Shown here piece after piece: positions 1 to 10,412 of a DNA stretch of 64,000 nucleotides (its first letter is position 1; each line of letters opens with the position of its first letter). Under the pieces are notes generated by a model that was given only the letters and a program-made list of their open reading frames with translations, did not search any database and was not told the origin of the DNA. Source of the stretch: an uncultured Planctomycetaceae bacterium (GTDB lineage Bacteria; Planctomycetota; Planctomycetia; Planctomycetales; Planctomycetaceae); contig CAWFGE010000009.1 of NCBI GenBank assembly GCA_963815195.1, positions 1 through 64,000 on the forward strand. The letters run 5' to 3'. The position numbers and the translations under genes were made by a program.

Positions 1-147
1 AGTGGAGCGGTCCAGACCCTCCTCGAAACTTTTCGAGAGACATTTTCGACGTCCGGTTCTCTATAGCGAATCAAATTTCGCAATATGGTTCGCATAGTGA
101 ATCGGACCCTCTTCCAAACACAACCTCTTGAAATTAAGGAATAAGTT

Positions 148-1330
148 CTAATAGAACATTGGCAACCTGAGTCCGCGCTGGGGCAGTTGAAACTCATGGT
201 AGCGATCTCGGAATTTCTCTGCCGAAAGCCGATGGCGGTCCGATTCGAGAAGCTGTTTGAGAAGCGGGGCCGATTGATCCATGTGATCGGCCGGCAGAGC
301 GCCGCCCGCTCTTAGGGCCGTCACTCGTTCCGCCGTGATGCGCTGTTCGAGGAAGATCGGTAGAAGCAACATTGGTTTTCCCGCGAGTAAAAACGTCGCA
401 ACTGACCCATGCGTGGCATTTAGGATCGCCACATCGCATTCGTTGGCCGCCTGATTCATATTCAGAGGGTCTGCAGAGAATTGAACGTGCGCACTGGTAA
501 ATTCCTGAACGATTTCCGCTTGAACTCCGGGCACATAGAGCATCGCCCGGACATTGCTCTCCCGAAGGAAGCTTAGCAAGGAAGCCACTGAGTGTGGGGT
601 TTCAGATAGACAAAAACCTTTTTCGTGGGCTGCTGTGTGACGGCAGATGAAGGCCAATGGAAAGGATTGCCCTGCAATCCCGTCCAAACGCCTTGGTAAA
701 TGTCCGCGCGAGCCCCAAAGTGATCCAGTTCGGGAAATGTGGTGAGAAGTTTGTGCTCAGCTTTGGCGTAAAGCCCCGCAACGGTCTCGTCAGGAGGGAG
801 TCCCGAGATTGCCGCCACCGATTCAGCCGATCCAATAACCAGAGTTCATCTCGGAGCAGTTGGTCCGTCGTGAGATTCAATTCCGGCCTCCAATTCGGAA
901 AAGGATGACTATCGGGAGGAACGGTGAAGCCGGTTCCCATGATGATTCTTGGAATCGAAAAGGCCTCAAGCGCAAGCAATGCAGAAGGGGCGTGATCCAA
1001 GATCACCAAATCGGGATCAACGGCCCGAATGAGGTTGTCCCACGCCTTCATGCGACTGGCTAATTCATCGTTATCGCGAAAGCAGGTATTCGCCAAGATA
1101 TGGGCCAGGGTGGCGGGAGGCTGGAATATGGGTTTTGCACCCGCAGATTGGATTGGTGCTTGCCAATAAACGATTGGAAAGTTTTGAAAAGCAAGATGTG
1201 CTTTTTCAAGAGACCGAATGGCCACATGAATCTCATGTCCGGCGTCAAGCAGACGCTGAAAAATGGGAGACATTGGGGAGAGATGGCCCAAACCCGCACC
1301 AAGCTCCCAAACATAAAGGAATTTCGCCAT
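148..1330 (-). CDS. GT-B fold glycosyltransferase (UDP-glycosyltransferase/GT28-like), frameshifted
   Basis: N-terminal WELGAGLGHL and DPDLVILDHAP in ORF 602..1345; C-terminal CDVAILNATHGSVATFLLAGKPMLLLPIFLEQ in ORF 148..687; frames overlap, so one gene with indels. Confidence 0.75.
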
Positions 1331-1561
1331 AGAGAATGTCACCAAGCCTCACGCGGCATCAGCCATCGAGGATTCACCTCAATCCGTGCCTTCAAAAAAG
1401 TTGAACCTTGTGGGCAACTGCTGTTCCGCTTCAATATCATTTTTAAAGGGTTCTTCAGGATAATAGGGGGGGAGTCTGGAATCGACTCAAAAGTCCATCA
1501 ATGGTCTGGTGTCCTGTCTTGGCGAATCTTGACCTCAGCTCAGACTCAACAAACGGGGGCC

Positions 1562-1637
1562 GCCCCGCCCGTCTCGCCGTCGCCTCAACCTTCAGGGCCA
1601 GGGCGAAAGGCCGAGGCGACGGCGAGACGAACGGGGC
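1562..1637 (-). repeat. Long GC-rich hairpin (terminator/REP-like) downstream of immunity gene
   Basis: Perfect 17-bp arms CGTCTCGCCGTCGCCTC (1570-1586) / GAGGCGACGGCGAGACG (1613-1629), extendable to ~31 bp. Confidence 0.8.
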
Positions 1638-1750
1638 TCACCAGCCCTATTTTCACAAGTAGTTACAACTCAATGCTTCGCAACTCCAGATGGTTTCTCA
1701 ACCTCGATTGAAACACTCTATCCCCTCTCCCCCTATTTTCCGGAAGAACC

Positions 1751-2479
1751 CTATTTTGCTACTATTCGACGAATGTCTTCATCATATGGACTGAGAATAC
1801 CTTCAGACAGCCATGCGCTAAGCAACTGCTGTGAATAATCGTCATTCAAATCATCTTCCAATGTCTTTATTCCTTCCCCCCAGAAATCGGTTCCCTTCAA
1901 TGCCCGAAGTATATCAACCCTACAAGAGGGAGTTAATTGTGAAGGAGGAATAGCATGAAGGCAGAGATATGCTTGTCCTATAGAACACCTAGAGGCGATC
2001 TGGTCAACCAACCATTTAAAATCGGATGAATTATACGCATTTCGCCATTTTGTGAATGCAACTATTACAAGTTCCTTAATGAAGTTCGCAACAGTTTCCG
2101 TCAACTGATATGACTTATCCTTAAGAATCCCATTCAACGCCTCAAAGACATGATTTAAGCTATTTTCTTCCAAACGCATTGATGTGTTGAGAAGACAATC
2201 AAGCACGAAACTCGACCATCGAGGATTACTCGTATCTACACTAAGTTTGAGCAACATCAGTCGGACACCGGTTACGCGGAGTTCATTTTGGACAGGTCTT
2301 TCAGAATGTTTGGAGTTCTCAATCTGATATTCACCCAGCAAGAAATGCATGACCGGCCACAATGCATTTTTTTCACCCATCGGCAGGGTTGAAAAAAGAT
2401 CGAGCGAGGATGGACTCACTTTTCGATTTTTCTTAAGGTCTTGCTCAATCTGAGCGGTAAATGTCGCTATCTCAGTCAT
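1751..2479 (-). CDS. Putative immunity protein
   Basis: AT-rich ORF whose ATG (2479) overlaps the toxin stop (ATGACTGA); no recognisable family. Confidence 0.65.
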   Translation of the reverse strand: MTEIATFTAQIEQDLKKNRKVSPSSLDLFSTLPMGEKNALWPVMHFLLGEYQIENSKHSERPVQNELRVTGVRLMLLKLSVDTSNPRWSSFVLDCLLNTSMRLEENSLNHVFEALNGILKDKSYQLTETVANFIKELVIVAFTKWRNAYNSSDFKWLVDQIASRCSIGQAYLCLHAIPPSQLTPSCRVDILRALKGTDFWGEGIKTLEDDLNDDYSQQLLSAWLSEGILSPYDEDIRRIVAK

Positions 2480-3797
2480 GGAGGAGAAACTTAATAATTG
2501 TATCTGGTGATAATTTTCCGTCTTTGACGCGATTAATGATTTCAGCAGTCCGGTGGTGTCCACCGGTTAATGACAGATTTCCCGAGGAACCTGTTCCACT
2601 TATAGGATCATTCATTCTGAAACGAATCAATTCATCATCACTCATCCCCCCAATGGCCTTTGCTTGGTCTGGGAATATACCATGCTTGCGATTGACAATT
2701 GCCTTTTCGAGGTCACCTGCGCGAATTTCAGCAATTCTTGGGTTGAATTCCTCCAATGTAGGCACACGAGGGTTACGGGGAGTACCAAATGGTCTTCCTT
2801 TTTTATCGCCGCGTTGGATACGATAAAGAACATCCTCTGCTAGTTGGGAAAAATCACATAAGTCATCACCAGTATTATGCACTAAAACCCCTAGACCACC
2901 CACTCGATAGACGTGTTCGCCCTGGATTTCTAAGTTGTACACACGTTCGAGATTATTTCTGGCAACACTCTTGACAAATTTGGCGGTGTGGCCGCTGGCT
3001 TGGAGGGTCTCGCCGGGTTTTAGTTCATCGACCCGAATGAAGTGCTGGCGATCCACGCTCCAAAACCGGTGGTTGGGGGTGCTGCCGATGGGTTTGGCTT
3101 GGCCCTCGATGTAGATATTGATAACTTGAGCGGCGTCGTGGGTGAACTTGCCGGTGATGATCGGGCCTTTGCCGGGACTGATGGGTGGGCAGGGGCCGAT
3201 GGAAAGGACGAGGGCATCGTCGTTCACGCCGCACTCGGGGATCGAGATGTGGATTCGGCCCCCCACTTTGGCTTGATTCAGTTCTAGCCACCATAGCGGT
3301 CGCAGCAATTCAATCCAACAGCTTCCGCCAGGTTCTTTTTCCGCACGGAGATGGATCTGCCGCCACGTGGCAGGATCGACATCTATTCCGAAGCGGTCGT
3401 CGTAGTCTCCTTTCGGATTATGGGCGTTCGTCCGCTCGCCCAACTGCACTTCGCCGATCGGCTTTGTGCGCGGCCCGCTGCTCGATGACACGAAGCCCAG
3501 CCCCAACAGTCCGCCGACAAGAAGTAATGTGCCGATCGCCCACAACGGTCCCACCCAGGCCGGCGGTTTATGTGGCATGGAAAGCCGCGACTGCCGCTTG
3601 GATCTTCGAATCAAGGGATGTGCCATCTCGCACGGCGCTGATTTCTTGAGTGCTTTCTGTGGAGGGGGACAGGAAGGCTTTTCGGTGACGTTCGACGAAT
3701 CTGAGGTGGTGGTGGGTGAGCCGAACCCGGTGAAGACTTCATCAAGGGTGGCGAGGTCCATGCCCATCTGACTTTGTTTGGAAGCCGTCTGCGTCAT
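2472..3797 (-). CDS. Stand-alone polymorphic toxin: TM helix + partial Hint domain + ParB/Srx-like C-terminal toxin
   Basis: RBS GGGGAG before ATG 3797; TM WAIGTLLLVGGLLGLGFV; Hint motifs IGSTPNHRFWS and VYNLEIQGEHVYRVGGLGVLVHN; tail DPISG..LTGGHHRT. Confidence 0.8.
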   Translation of the reverse strand: MTQTASKQSQMGMDLATLDEVFTGFGSPTTTSDSSNVTEKPSCPPPQKALKKSAPCEMAHPLIRRSKRQSRLSMPHKPPAWVGPLWAIGTLLLVGGLLGLGFVSSSSGPRTKPIGEVQLGERTNAHNPKGDYDDRFGIDVDPATWRQIHLRAEKEPGGSCWIELLRPLWWLELNQAKVGGRIHISIPECGVNDDALVLSIGPCPPISPGKGPIITGKFTHDAAQVINIYIEGQAKPIGSTPNHRFWSVDRQHFIRVDELKPGETLQASGHTAKFVKSVARNNLERVYNLEIQGEHVYRVGGLGVLVHNTGDDLCDFSQLAEDVLYRIQRGDKKGRPFGTPRNPRVPTLEEFNPRIAEIRAGDLEKAIVNRKHGIFPDQAKAIGGMSDDELIRFRMNDPISGTGSSGNLSLTGGHHRTAEIINRVKDGKLSPDTIIKFLLHD

Positions 3798-3915
3798 GAG
3801 AATCTCCCCTTGCAAAGAAACGCACCGTAGTCTGCATTCCACGAATCCAAATGCCTTTGTAACGATGATATTCCAAAAATCAAGAAAAAAAATAACGCTC
3901 CCCATTTTTATTTAT

Positions 3916-4398
3916 GGTTCTCCGCCGCTTTTGGGGAGGGTGGTTTTTCGACACAAGATGTGGGGGTTGATAAAATAGCAGTTTTCGGAGCGATTTGACA
4001 GGTTTTGAGAAGGAGCTATGAACGAAACTCATCAACTGAATGTGTGGACGGCGCCTTGAGTTTGCCGGAGTACGAAGTCGTGTATTATGAGCAGCGCGGG
4101 CGTTCGGCATTTCAGCGTGGTGCCGCGTGTGGTCGAACTCTGTCCCGAATGCGAAAAGCCTTGCGAGCACGTCCATCAGAAGCGCTGGATCAAGGATGTG
4201 GCTGATCTCCCGTTGGGGGATCAGCCGGTGCGGCTCAAGGTGCGGGTCTTTCAATTCGCGTGCGAACACTGCGGGCGGCATTTTACGCCGAAGAGTCTCT
4301 TGTTTACGTCCGGTCTCGGGGCGAAAGCCACGGCTCGATTGGTCGGGAACGCGGCGGAGTTGATTCAGCGGGCGTGCCGCACGTTGATGCTCTCATGA
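3916..4398 (+). mobile_element. Truncated ISL3-family element (left end + zinc-finger part of transposase)
   Basis: GGTTCT end after an AT-rich target; CPEC..H..DLPLGDQPVRLKVRVFQFACEHC is zf-ISL3-like; no DDE domain follows. Confidence 0.75.
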
Positions 4399-4601
4399 TG
4401 ACCCCAGATGTTTACGAGCAAAATCTCGAAGCCGCTGTCCCGGAACCAATCGTTGCGGGGACAGATGTGCCAGCCGGCCTCAACGCTATGGAACGTTCAC
4501 TCTATCGACGAATTCTTATGGAACCGCGTGGACGATTAGAGCAGGAATTTCTTCCCGCATCCTACGTTCGCGAATCGATACGCAACTGGTGTGGCTATTA
4601 A
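4370..4601 (+). pseudogene. jetD: C-terminal fragment of Wadjet JetD-like (DUF2220) protein
   Basis: ALMM..EP..GLNAMERSLY..GRLEQEFLP resembles the DUF2220 C-terminus; rest of gene missing. Confidence 0.6.
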
Positions 4602-4758
4602 TCCGTTTTTGTCGGAGGCAATGCGGACTGACATTTGGTAGGACGTGGATCGCCCCATCCGTCAGGCTGGCCAACCGAACGCGACAGGGCCCAAATCTCA
4701 CGCCGCGTGTGGCGAATCCTAGCGTCGGTCAGCGTGCGTGGGCTCCATGCCTGCTTCA

Positions 4759-6184
4759 TTATGAACGACTACTTTCAAGCACCGATCGCGTTAGCACATC
4801 CAAAACTCGCCCACCCGGAACGAGACTGATGGCTGTGTAGCGATGGGCAAGCGCCACCGGAACCAAGGCGTTTTCGTAGAGATCGCACTCGAAGTGTTGC
4901 ACGAGTGCCAATGATCTTTTCAAGTCAGAATATCGGGAGATGTCGGTTTTGATTGTGGAATGAAATTCGTTGCCGGCGCTCTCTTTCGAGGGGACGGGGT
5001 AAGGTAGGACCAAAACGAACGTCCGGCCTGAGTCCGTTTTATAGATGAAGTCCTGGCCGTAGTAGGTTTCAGCACCAAACCCGTTCTCCGAGGGATCACG
5101 GCCACTGAAAATGTGCTGGTAGCGATACTCGTCACCGATGGCTAGCAACCGACCGGGTTCTATGTAGGGGTCAAGCACTTTGCAGTGATCAACAACTTGG
5201 CCGGTTTTCTGCAATCCGATGACGAGCACAGGCGACATCCCGCGCGAGACCAGGTCTTGGTTGACTTCGTGCAGAAATCGTAGGATTGGACCGTGAAGCC
5301 AGGCGGCATTCCCAAAAATGGCCAGTGGGCCGTCGATGATGACGGCCAGTTCGGCAAGGCTGGACGGGGATGTCTGGTAGAGATAGCGAATGTAGTGCAT
5401 CGCCAAGAGATGCTCGGCGATCATCATGAAGCGGCCAATCGCTTCCTGATTCGACTGATACTCGTTCACTACTTCCCAAACGCGCAAGCAGTCTGCTGGA
5501 TAGATCGGTTCACCACAGGCGGGGCAGGTTTGCAGGTGGGGAACATCACGCACTTCGACAGGATTCAACTCGCGAGGATCCATGCAGTTGGGACACCGCG
5601 GCAGTCGGAGGCGGGCACGGTCGTTTGTGCCCAGTGGCCCCGTCCGCTGGCTTGCCAGATGAAACAACGTTGTTCGCAAACTGGTTTGCGGATCGTTCTT
5701 ACTGAAACGGGTTTTCTGAGCGTAAAGCTGCCGGTCCATCTCGGCACGGAAGGTGTGCTGGACGGACGCGTAGTTGCTGCCACGCACGTTGGCGCCTTGG
5801 CAGTACGAAACTCAAGGCATTGGCATCGTCATGCAAAGCGGCTACCCGGAAGGGATCGACAAATCGACCACCATCGACCCGCAGATCCCCAAAGCGGTCC
5901 ATGGCGATCAGAACGCACCCCAATTTCAGGTAGCCGACGCGGGTGTGTGGGAACCGATCGTCGAGACAGCTTTCATAGGGACTTCCATCGATCGCGATGA
6001 CTCGCGAAGGAAGCGGTTGATCCTTGACATCGGGAGCCTCGCAAAAGTGGCTCGCAATCTGTCGACCGGCTTCGTCCGATGGTGGAGTCAGATGTTTGCA
6101 CCCTTTAAGAAACGCCTGAATGTCCGGATTGCGAACCAAGTCGATGTGTGAGGACTTATTCGCGAGTTCTCCATCGTAGGGCAT
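4759..6184 (-). CDS. NurA-like nuclease with Zn-ribbon insert, frameshift near 5785
   Basis: VIAIDGS, IIDGPLA, GLQKTG, PVALAHRYTAIS motifs; CPNC..CPAC insert; directly downstream of HerA. Confidence 0.8.
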
Positions 6185-6233
6185 TGGAAATCATCCTTCC
6201 GCAAGGCTGGAGTCATCGTGTCTCGATGTTTGC

Positions 6234-8198
6234 CTATGGATCGAATCGGTCAATCTGAACAGGAATGACGTAGGGGCTGGAAAGCGTTTTCACCCGGGCG
6301 AAGCCGACATCCTGGGCTCGTAGCAGTGAAGCCTTGAAATCGGCGAAGTCGTAAAACTTTCCGAGTTCCTTCAATTCGGTTTCGTTGTTGAGGTGGGTGA
6401 TGAACCAATTCTCGGTGTTCGCCAAAATATTGGGATGGACGGACGAAACTTCCTGAGTAGCATAAACGAGTGCGATGCGATATTTCGCCCCCTCTTTCGC
6501 CATCCTCGGCCACGTATCGGCAAGGTCCATCCCCTTCCCGATTAAGTTGTGCGCCTCTTCGACGTAGACGACGACGTTGGGCGGGGTATTGCCCGCAATG
6601 AATTGGTTCATCGACTTCGCAAAAATTGTTCTCGCAATCTGCTCGCTAATCCGCTCCCGAAGCTGTGCCTCGCCCACGGACAAATCGAGAATTACAATCT
6701 TGCCTGCGATAAGATGCCGATAGATTTCCTCGCCTACCTCTTGGCTTCGACGAGGCGAATGATACCGCCTTGCATCGGCCAGAGCTTTGTAGCCATTGAT
6801 GTAGGCCCCACTCTCATTTCGGTTCGTCAGCATGTGCCAGATGGCAACTGTGTCATCATCGGCCCAACTCTTTCCTGATGAACTCTGTGGCAGTTGATTT
6901 TCGCGGTGAAGATCGTCAGCGGCGGTGAACCACTCGATTGCATCGTCGGGTGCAAGGCCAGTCTTGGGATCACCTGGGCTATTCCCAAGCTGCCGTTCGA
7001 CGGCGTCCCGAACCCCTTTGTTGGCCTCGAACCGGATCTTGAAGCCGTGCGGTGGCGTGAATCCCGCCTTACAGAGCATGGTTTGGTAGGAGGCAACGCG
7101 AACTTCCCAACGCTTATGGGCACTTCGGTCGGACTTGTCCGGTTCATCGAGAGAGGTGTTGACAAAGGCTTTGACATCGGAGGCTGTATCGGATTTGTTT
7201 TCCAACAATGTCCGTCGAATTAGCGAAAACCCTTCCACAAGTTGGATGAAGAAGTTGTTTTGAAGCTCCTCGAACCCCTTTGTTTGGAGCATGCGATACC
7301 GAACGGTTTCGTCGGGGTAAACGTCGGCCAATGCCCCTTCGTCTTGTTCGTTGGCGTTCGCATACTCACCATTGATGTCGAAGATGATTTGGCCGATCGG
7401 GGTCTGGCCCTCGTCAGCCACTCGTTTGACCACTGAGACCATCTGCTTGACCATGTTCGATTTTCCCGTCCGCGTCATCCCAAGCACCGCGGTGCGGCGT
7501 GCCATGAAATCAGACGGTTGGACGTGGACGGGCACGCGGGATTCTTCTGCCCCCCGGTGGAGCCGATCCGTAGAAGTGTAGCGAACCGTGCCGATGCGGA
7601 ATGGGGAGACATGTCCTTTGAGACCCATACGCTGAGCGGACTCCTGGGCAGCTTTTCTTCGTAGTGGATCGACATGATTAGCGATCCGTTCCAGGGCCGC
7701 ACCTCGCGGCCGGTGAACATTGAGCCGGAGAGCGGCCGTCTCGAACGACTCGATGTCGCTACCCAACCATAAGTCGCCCTCTCGCAGAAAGAAGGTGCCG
7801 AGGATCCGGCATTTCAACCCGCCAAACTGCATCTGATTGCGTGTCAAATCATCCATGTCTCGGTTGGCGGCTCCCGCATCCCCGGTACGTTGATTCTGGA
7901 AATGGTCGATTCTCGCCCGCACCATGTCGTCATCTTGCGGCAGCCGTGCCGAGTCGATAACCCGCAGCAGCAACACGATACGGTCCGCTTCGTCAGTTTC
8001 CTGAAAAGCACCGGGATCAAACGGTGTTGCGATCAGGAAGCAGTTGTGCGGCACCCCAGCAACCCGCGACTTCCACAGGTCATTAGTCATGACGGCAACT
8101 TCGTCGTAGCTGATCTCATAAACCCAGCCAACGAAGTTCTCTTTTTGGACCAATGTCACGAGTGGCTCATTGCCAAGAACCTTGCCAATATTTTTCAT
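6234..8198 (-). CDS. HerA/DUF87-family ATPase
   Basis: Walker A GMTRTGKS, IFDINGEY, Walker B VVYVEEAHN, AKEGAKY, YATQ. Confidence 0.88.
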   Translation of the reverse strand: MKNIGKVLGNEPLVTLVQKENFVGWVYEISYDEVAVMTNDLWKSRVAGVPHNCFLIATPFDPGAFQETDEADRIVLLLRVIDSARLPQDDDMVRARIDHFQNQRTGDAGAANRDMDDLTRNQMQFGGLKCRILGTFFLREGDLWLGSDIESFETAALRLNVHRPRGAALERIANHVDPLRRKAAQESAQRMGLKGHVSPFRIGTVRYTSTDRLHRGAEESRVPVHVQPSDFMARRTAVLGMTRTGKSNMVKQMVSVVKRVADEGQTPIGQIIFDINGEYANANEQDEGALADVYPDETVRYRMLQTKGFEELQNNFFIQLVEGFSLIRRTLLENKSDTASDVKAFVNTSLDEPDKSDRSAHKRWEVRVASYQTMLCKAGFTPPHGFKIRFEANKGVRDAVERQLGNSPGDPKTGLAPDDAIEWFTAADDLHRENQLPQSSSGKSWADDDTVAIWHMLTNRNESGAYINGYKALADARRYHSPRRSQEVGEEIYRHLIAGKIVILDLSVGEAQLRERISEQIARTIFAKSMNQFIAGNTPPNVVVYVEEAHNLIGKGMDLADTWPRMAKEGAKYRIALVYATQEVSSVHPNILANTENWFITHLNNETELKELGKFYDFADFKASLLRAQDVGFARVKTLSSPYVIPVQIDRFDP

Positions 8199-8228
8199 AG
8201 TGAATCTCAGCTCAGTGGCCCAAAACAT

Positions 8229-9229
8229 TTAACCGGCGACCGGAAGATCAGACAGCGGATCTGCCGCCGGTCGAATCGCTTTCCCGCGTGAGAGGGCAGG
8301 CGTATGGTTTTCCGTCCATTCTTCCGCGCTCCGCCAGAGCTGGATTTCTCTGGGCAATTTTGGGAGGTTGGTCAACGCGACCTCGAAACTGCGGATCCCC
8401 CCGCCGTTGGTCGGCGAACTGTAAAGCATATGAACGTCAGTGCGACTCACCGCTGGCCCATACAGAGTCTCGACCTGCTCGGAGCAATCGTAGCTCAACA
8501 GCCAAGGCGACCTTTCGGAAAGCAAGTATTCTCGCAGCCTTCGATGATCCTCGCGCGGAAGAAAAAGCGATAGAGTCGATCCGCCTGCTCGAAGAACGGC
8601 GGATCCAAATAATAGAAAATGTCTTTCTTCCTTTTCGGCAGATTTCCGGCAGCACGCATCTTCTGGATGCGTGGAACAGCCGCAGCCCATGACAGGTTCC
8701 AGACGAACTTGACCTGGGTGCCCAGTGCTGCGGCTTGCTCGATTCGTCGCACAAGGGTTTCGCGGGGAAACCGGCAGTCAATAGAATACTTCGACTGCTG
8801 CTCGGTACCTCCGATCGGACCACCGGAGGGAGCCAGGATCCCCGAGAAGCTGGTTCGGTTCAAAAACAAGCAGCGCATTGCACCTTGGCGACGATCTGCC
8901 GGCACACATCTCTTCCAAAACCGCCACCGTTCGATCGTGACCTCGGTGGTGCGGACTTGCTCGATCAACCAGTCTGCATCGAAGAAAACCGTCTTCCAGA
9001 AGTTGGCCAAGTCAGGGTTACGCTCAACGAGACCGATCGACTCGACCTGGCCGTCCGCCAAGAGTTGCAGCGATACGCTCGCGCCACCGGCGAATGGCTC
9101 AATGAAGACCTTCGGGTTGAGATTGTTCGCCTCTAGACACTTGGCAACATACGCTGCAAAACGGCGTTTGGCTCCTGGATAACGCAACGGGCTTAGGATT
9201 GAAACCGGAGGACGAACCAAAGTCGCCAT
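8229..9229 (-). CDS. Dam-like (D12 class) DNA adenine methyltransferase, frameshift near 8560
   Basis: SPLRYPGAK, EPFAGGASV, FLNRTSFSG, YLDPPF, then WLLSYD in the adjacent frame. Confidence 0.88.
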
Positions 9230-9344
9230 AGACGCGAACCTCAGTGATTTGGTTGAGGCTGTAGATTGATTGCCGGTTCGCGTTTGATTTCCAATGCGAC
9301 CCCGCTGTTTGACCGATCGTGTTCTGGCTGGTTTTCACGAGATT

Positions 9345-9530
9345 CAATTTTTCGCAGACTCCTTTTTCAACCCGTACGCCCAAGAATCGGCAACCTTGAC
9401 CGCTTGGATGACGTGTTCCCGCTGACGCAATGCAGCAAGGCTACGCGGAGTCGTCGGCTCCGGCACACCGCGTTGCTCGGCCAACTCTCGTGTGGAGTAG
9501 CGGCGGCGTCGAATCAGTTTGAGAAGAATA
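9345..9530 (-). pseudogene. Degenerate small winged-HTH regulator
   Basis: Manual translation LLKLIRRRRYSTRELAEQRGVPEPTTPRSLAALRQREHVIQAVK..WAY looks like a decayed HTH; no good start codon. Confidence 0.45.
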
Positions 9531-9709
9531 TCGGGCCGCGGCTCGAGGGCATGAGATTTTTCGTTGTAAATAAACCACCTCGTTCGCTAAGTTATCAATT
9601 CATGATAGACTTGCCAACAGTAATGATCATCATCGAAAGAATTTTCCTCCAGGAGAGAATCAACTGATGCGAAATCAGAACCACCTGGAGACTCGTATTC
9701 CTACGCATC

Positions 9710-10108
9710 TCATCCGACGAGCTGAGAAAAAGGATTTCTCAATCCCCGCCCAGGCGAAGCTGCTGCAGGGTTGCGCGGGGCGTCGAACAACGGCTCGCCG
9801 GCCATAACGAACGCCAGCGGTATTTGGAGGCCGTCAGCCGCAACCGAATTCTCGAACGGGGCTATAGCGTCACGCGGGACGCCTCGGGAAACATTGTCCG
9901 CGACGCCTCTGAAATTCAGCCGGGCCAAGTCATCCACACTCAGAGTTCCCACGGAATGCTCACCAGCACCGTCGAAAGATCCCAGGACACAAAAAATGAC
10001 GAAACCGAACCCGGAAGAAATGACCTACGAAGAAAAGGAACAACGGCTGGAGGAAATCCTGGAACGGCTGGACCGCTCCGAAACTCCAATGGACGAACTG
10101 ACCAGTGA
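9710..10108 (+). pseudogene. xseA: 3' fragment of exodeoxyribonuclease VII large subunit
   Basis: LEAVS..ILERGYSVTRD.SGNIV..I.PG..I.T..HG...STV is the XseA C-terminal motif; N-terminal domains absent. Confidence 0.75.
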
Positions 10109-10232
10109 TGCCCGGGAGGCCAGCCGATTGATCAAATCCATGCGGGCCACGCTAAAGTCGGCGCAAGCCGAGATTGTGGAGGTGTTGGATGATTTGAATG
10201 AGCCCGAAGCCGGTTCCGGGAGTGTCGGTTAA
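9996..10232 (+). CDS. xseB: Exodeoxyribonuclease VII small subunit
   Basis: MTYEEKEQRLEEILERLDRSETPMDEL..A.RLIK...LKSAQAEI; overlaps xseA end. Confidence 0.8.
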   Translation: MTKPNPEEMTYEEKEQRLEEILERLDRSETPMDELTSDAREASRLIKSMRATLKSAQAEIVEVLDDLNEPEAGSGSVG

Positions 10233-10412
10233 GGAATGAGCTCCGGACAGAAAGTGCGTCGGTCGATGTGACAAACGCTCGCGATTGTTTTCGTCGGTTA
10301 CGAAACCACCGACCAATGGCCCCACCGTGTGGCAAGTTTGGGACTAGTGCGATAAAATGAAAATGAAAGAAATAGTTCCACGTACAACCTCTCAGATATA
10401 CCGACGCGGTTC

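Noticed and set aside
6234..8198. ATPase as VirB4/TraG conjugation protein
   Set aside because: No T4SS genes or TM segments; the NurA neighbour indicates HerA.
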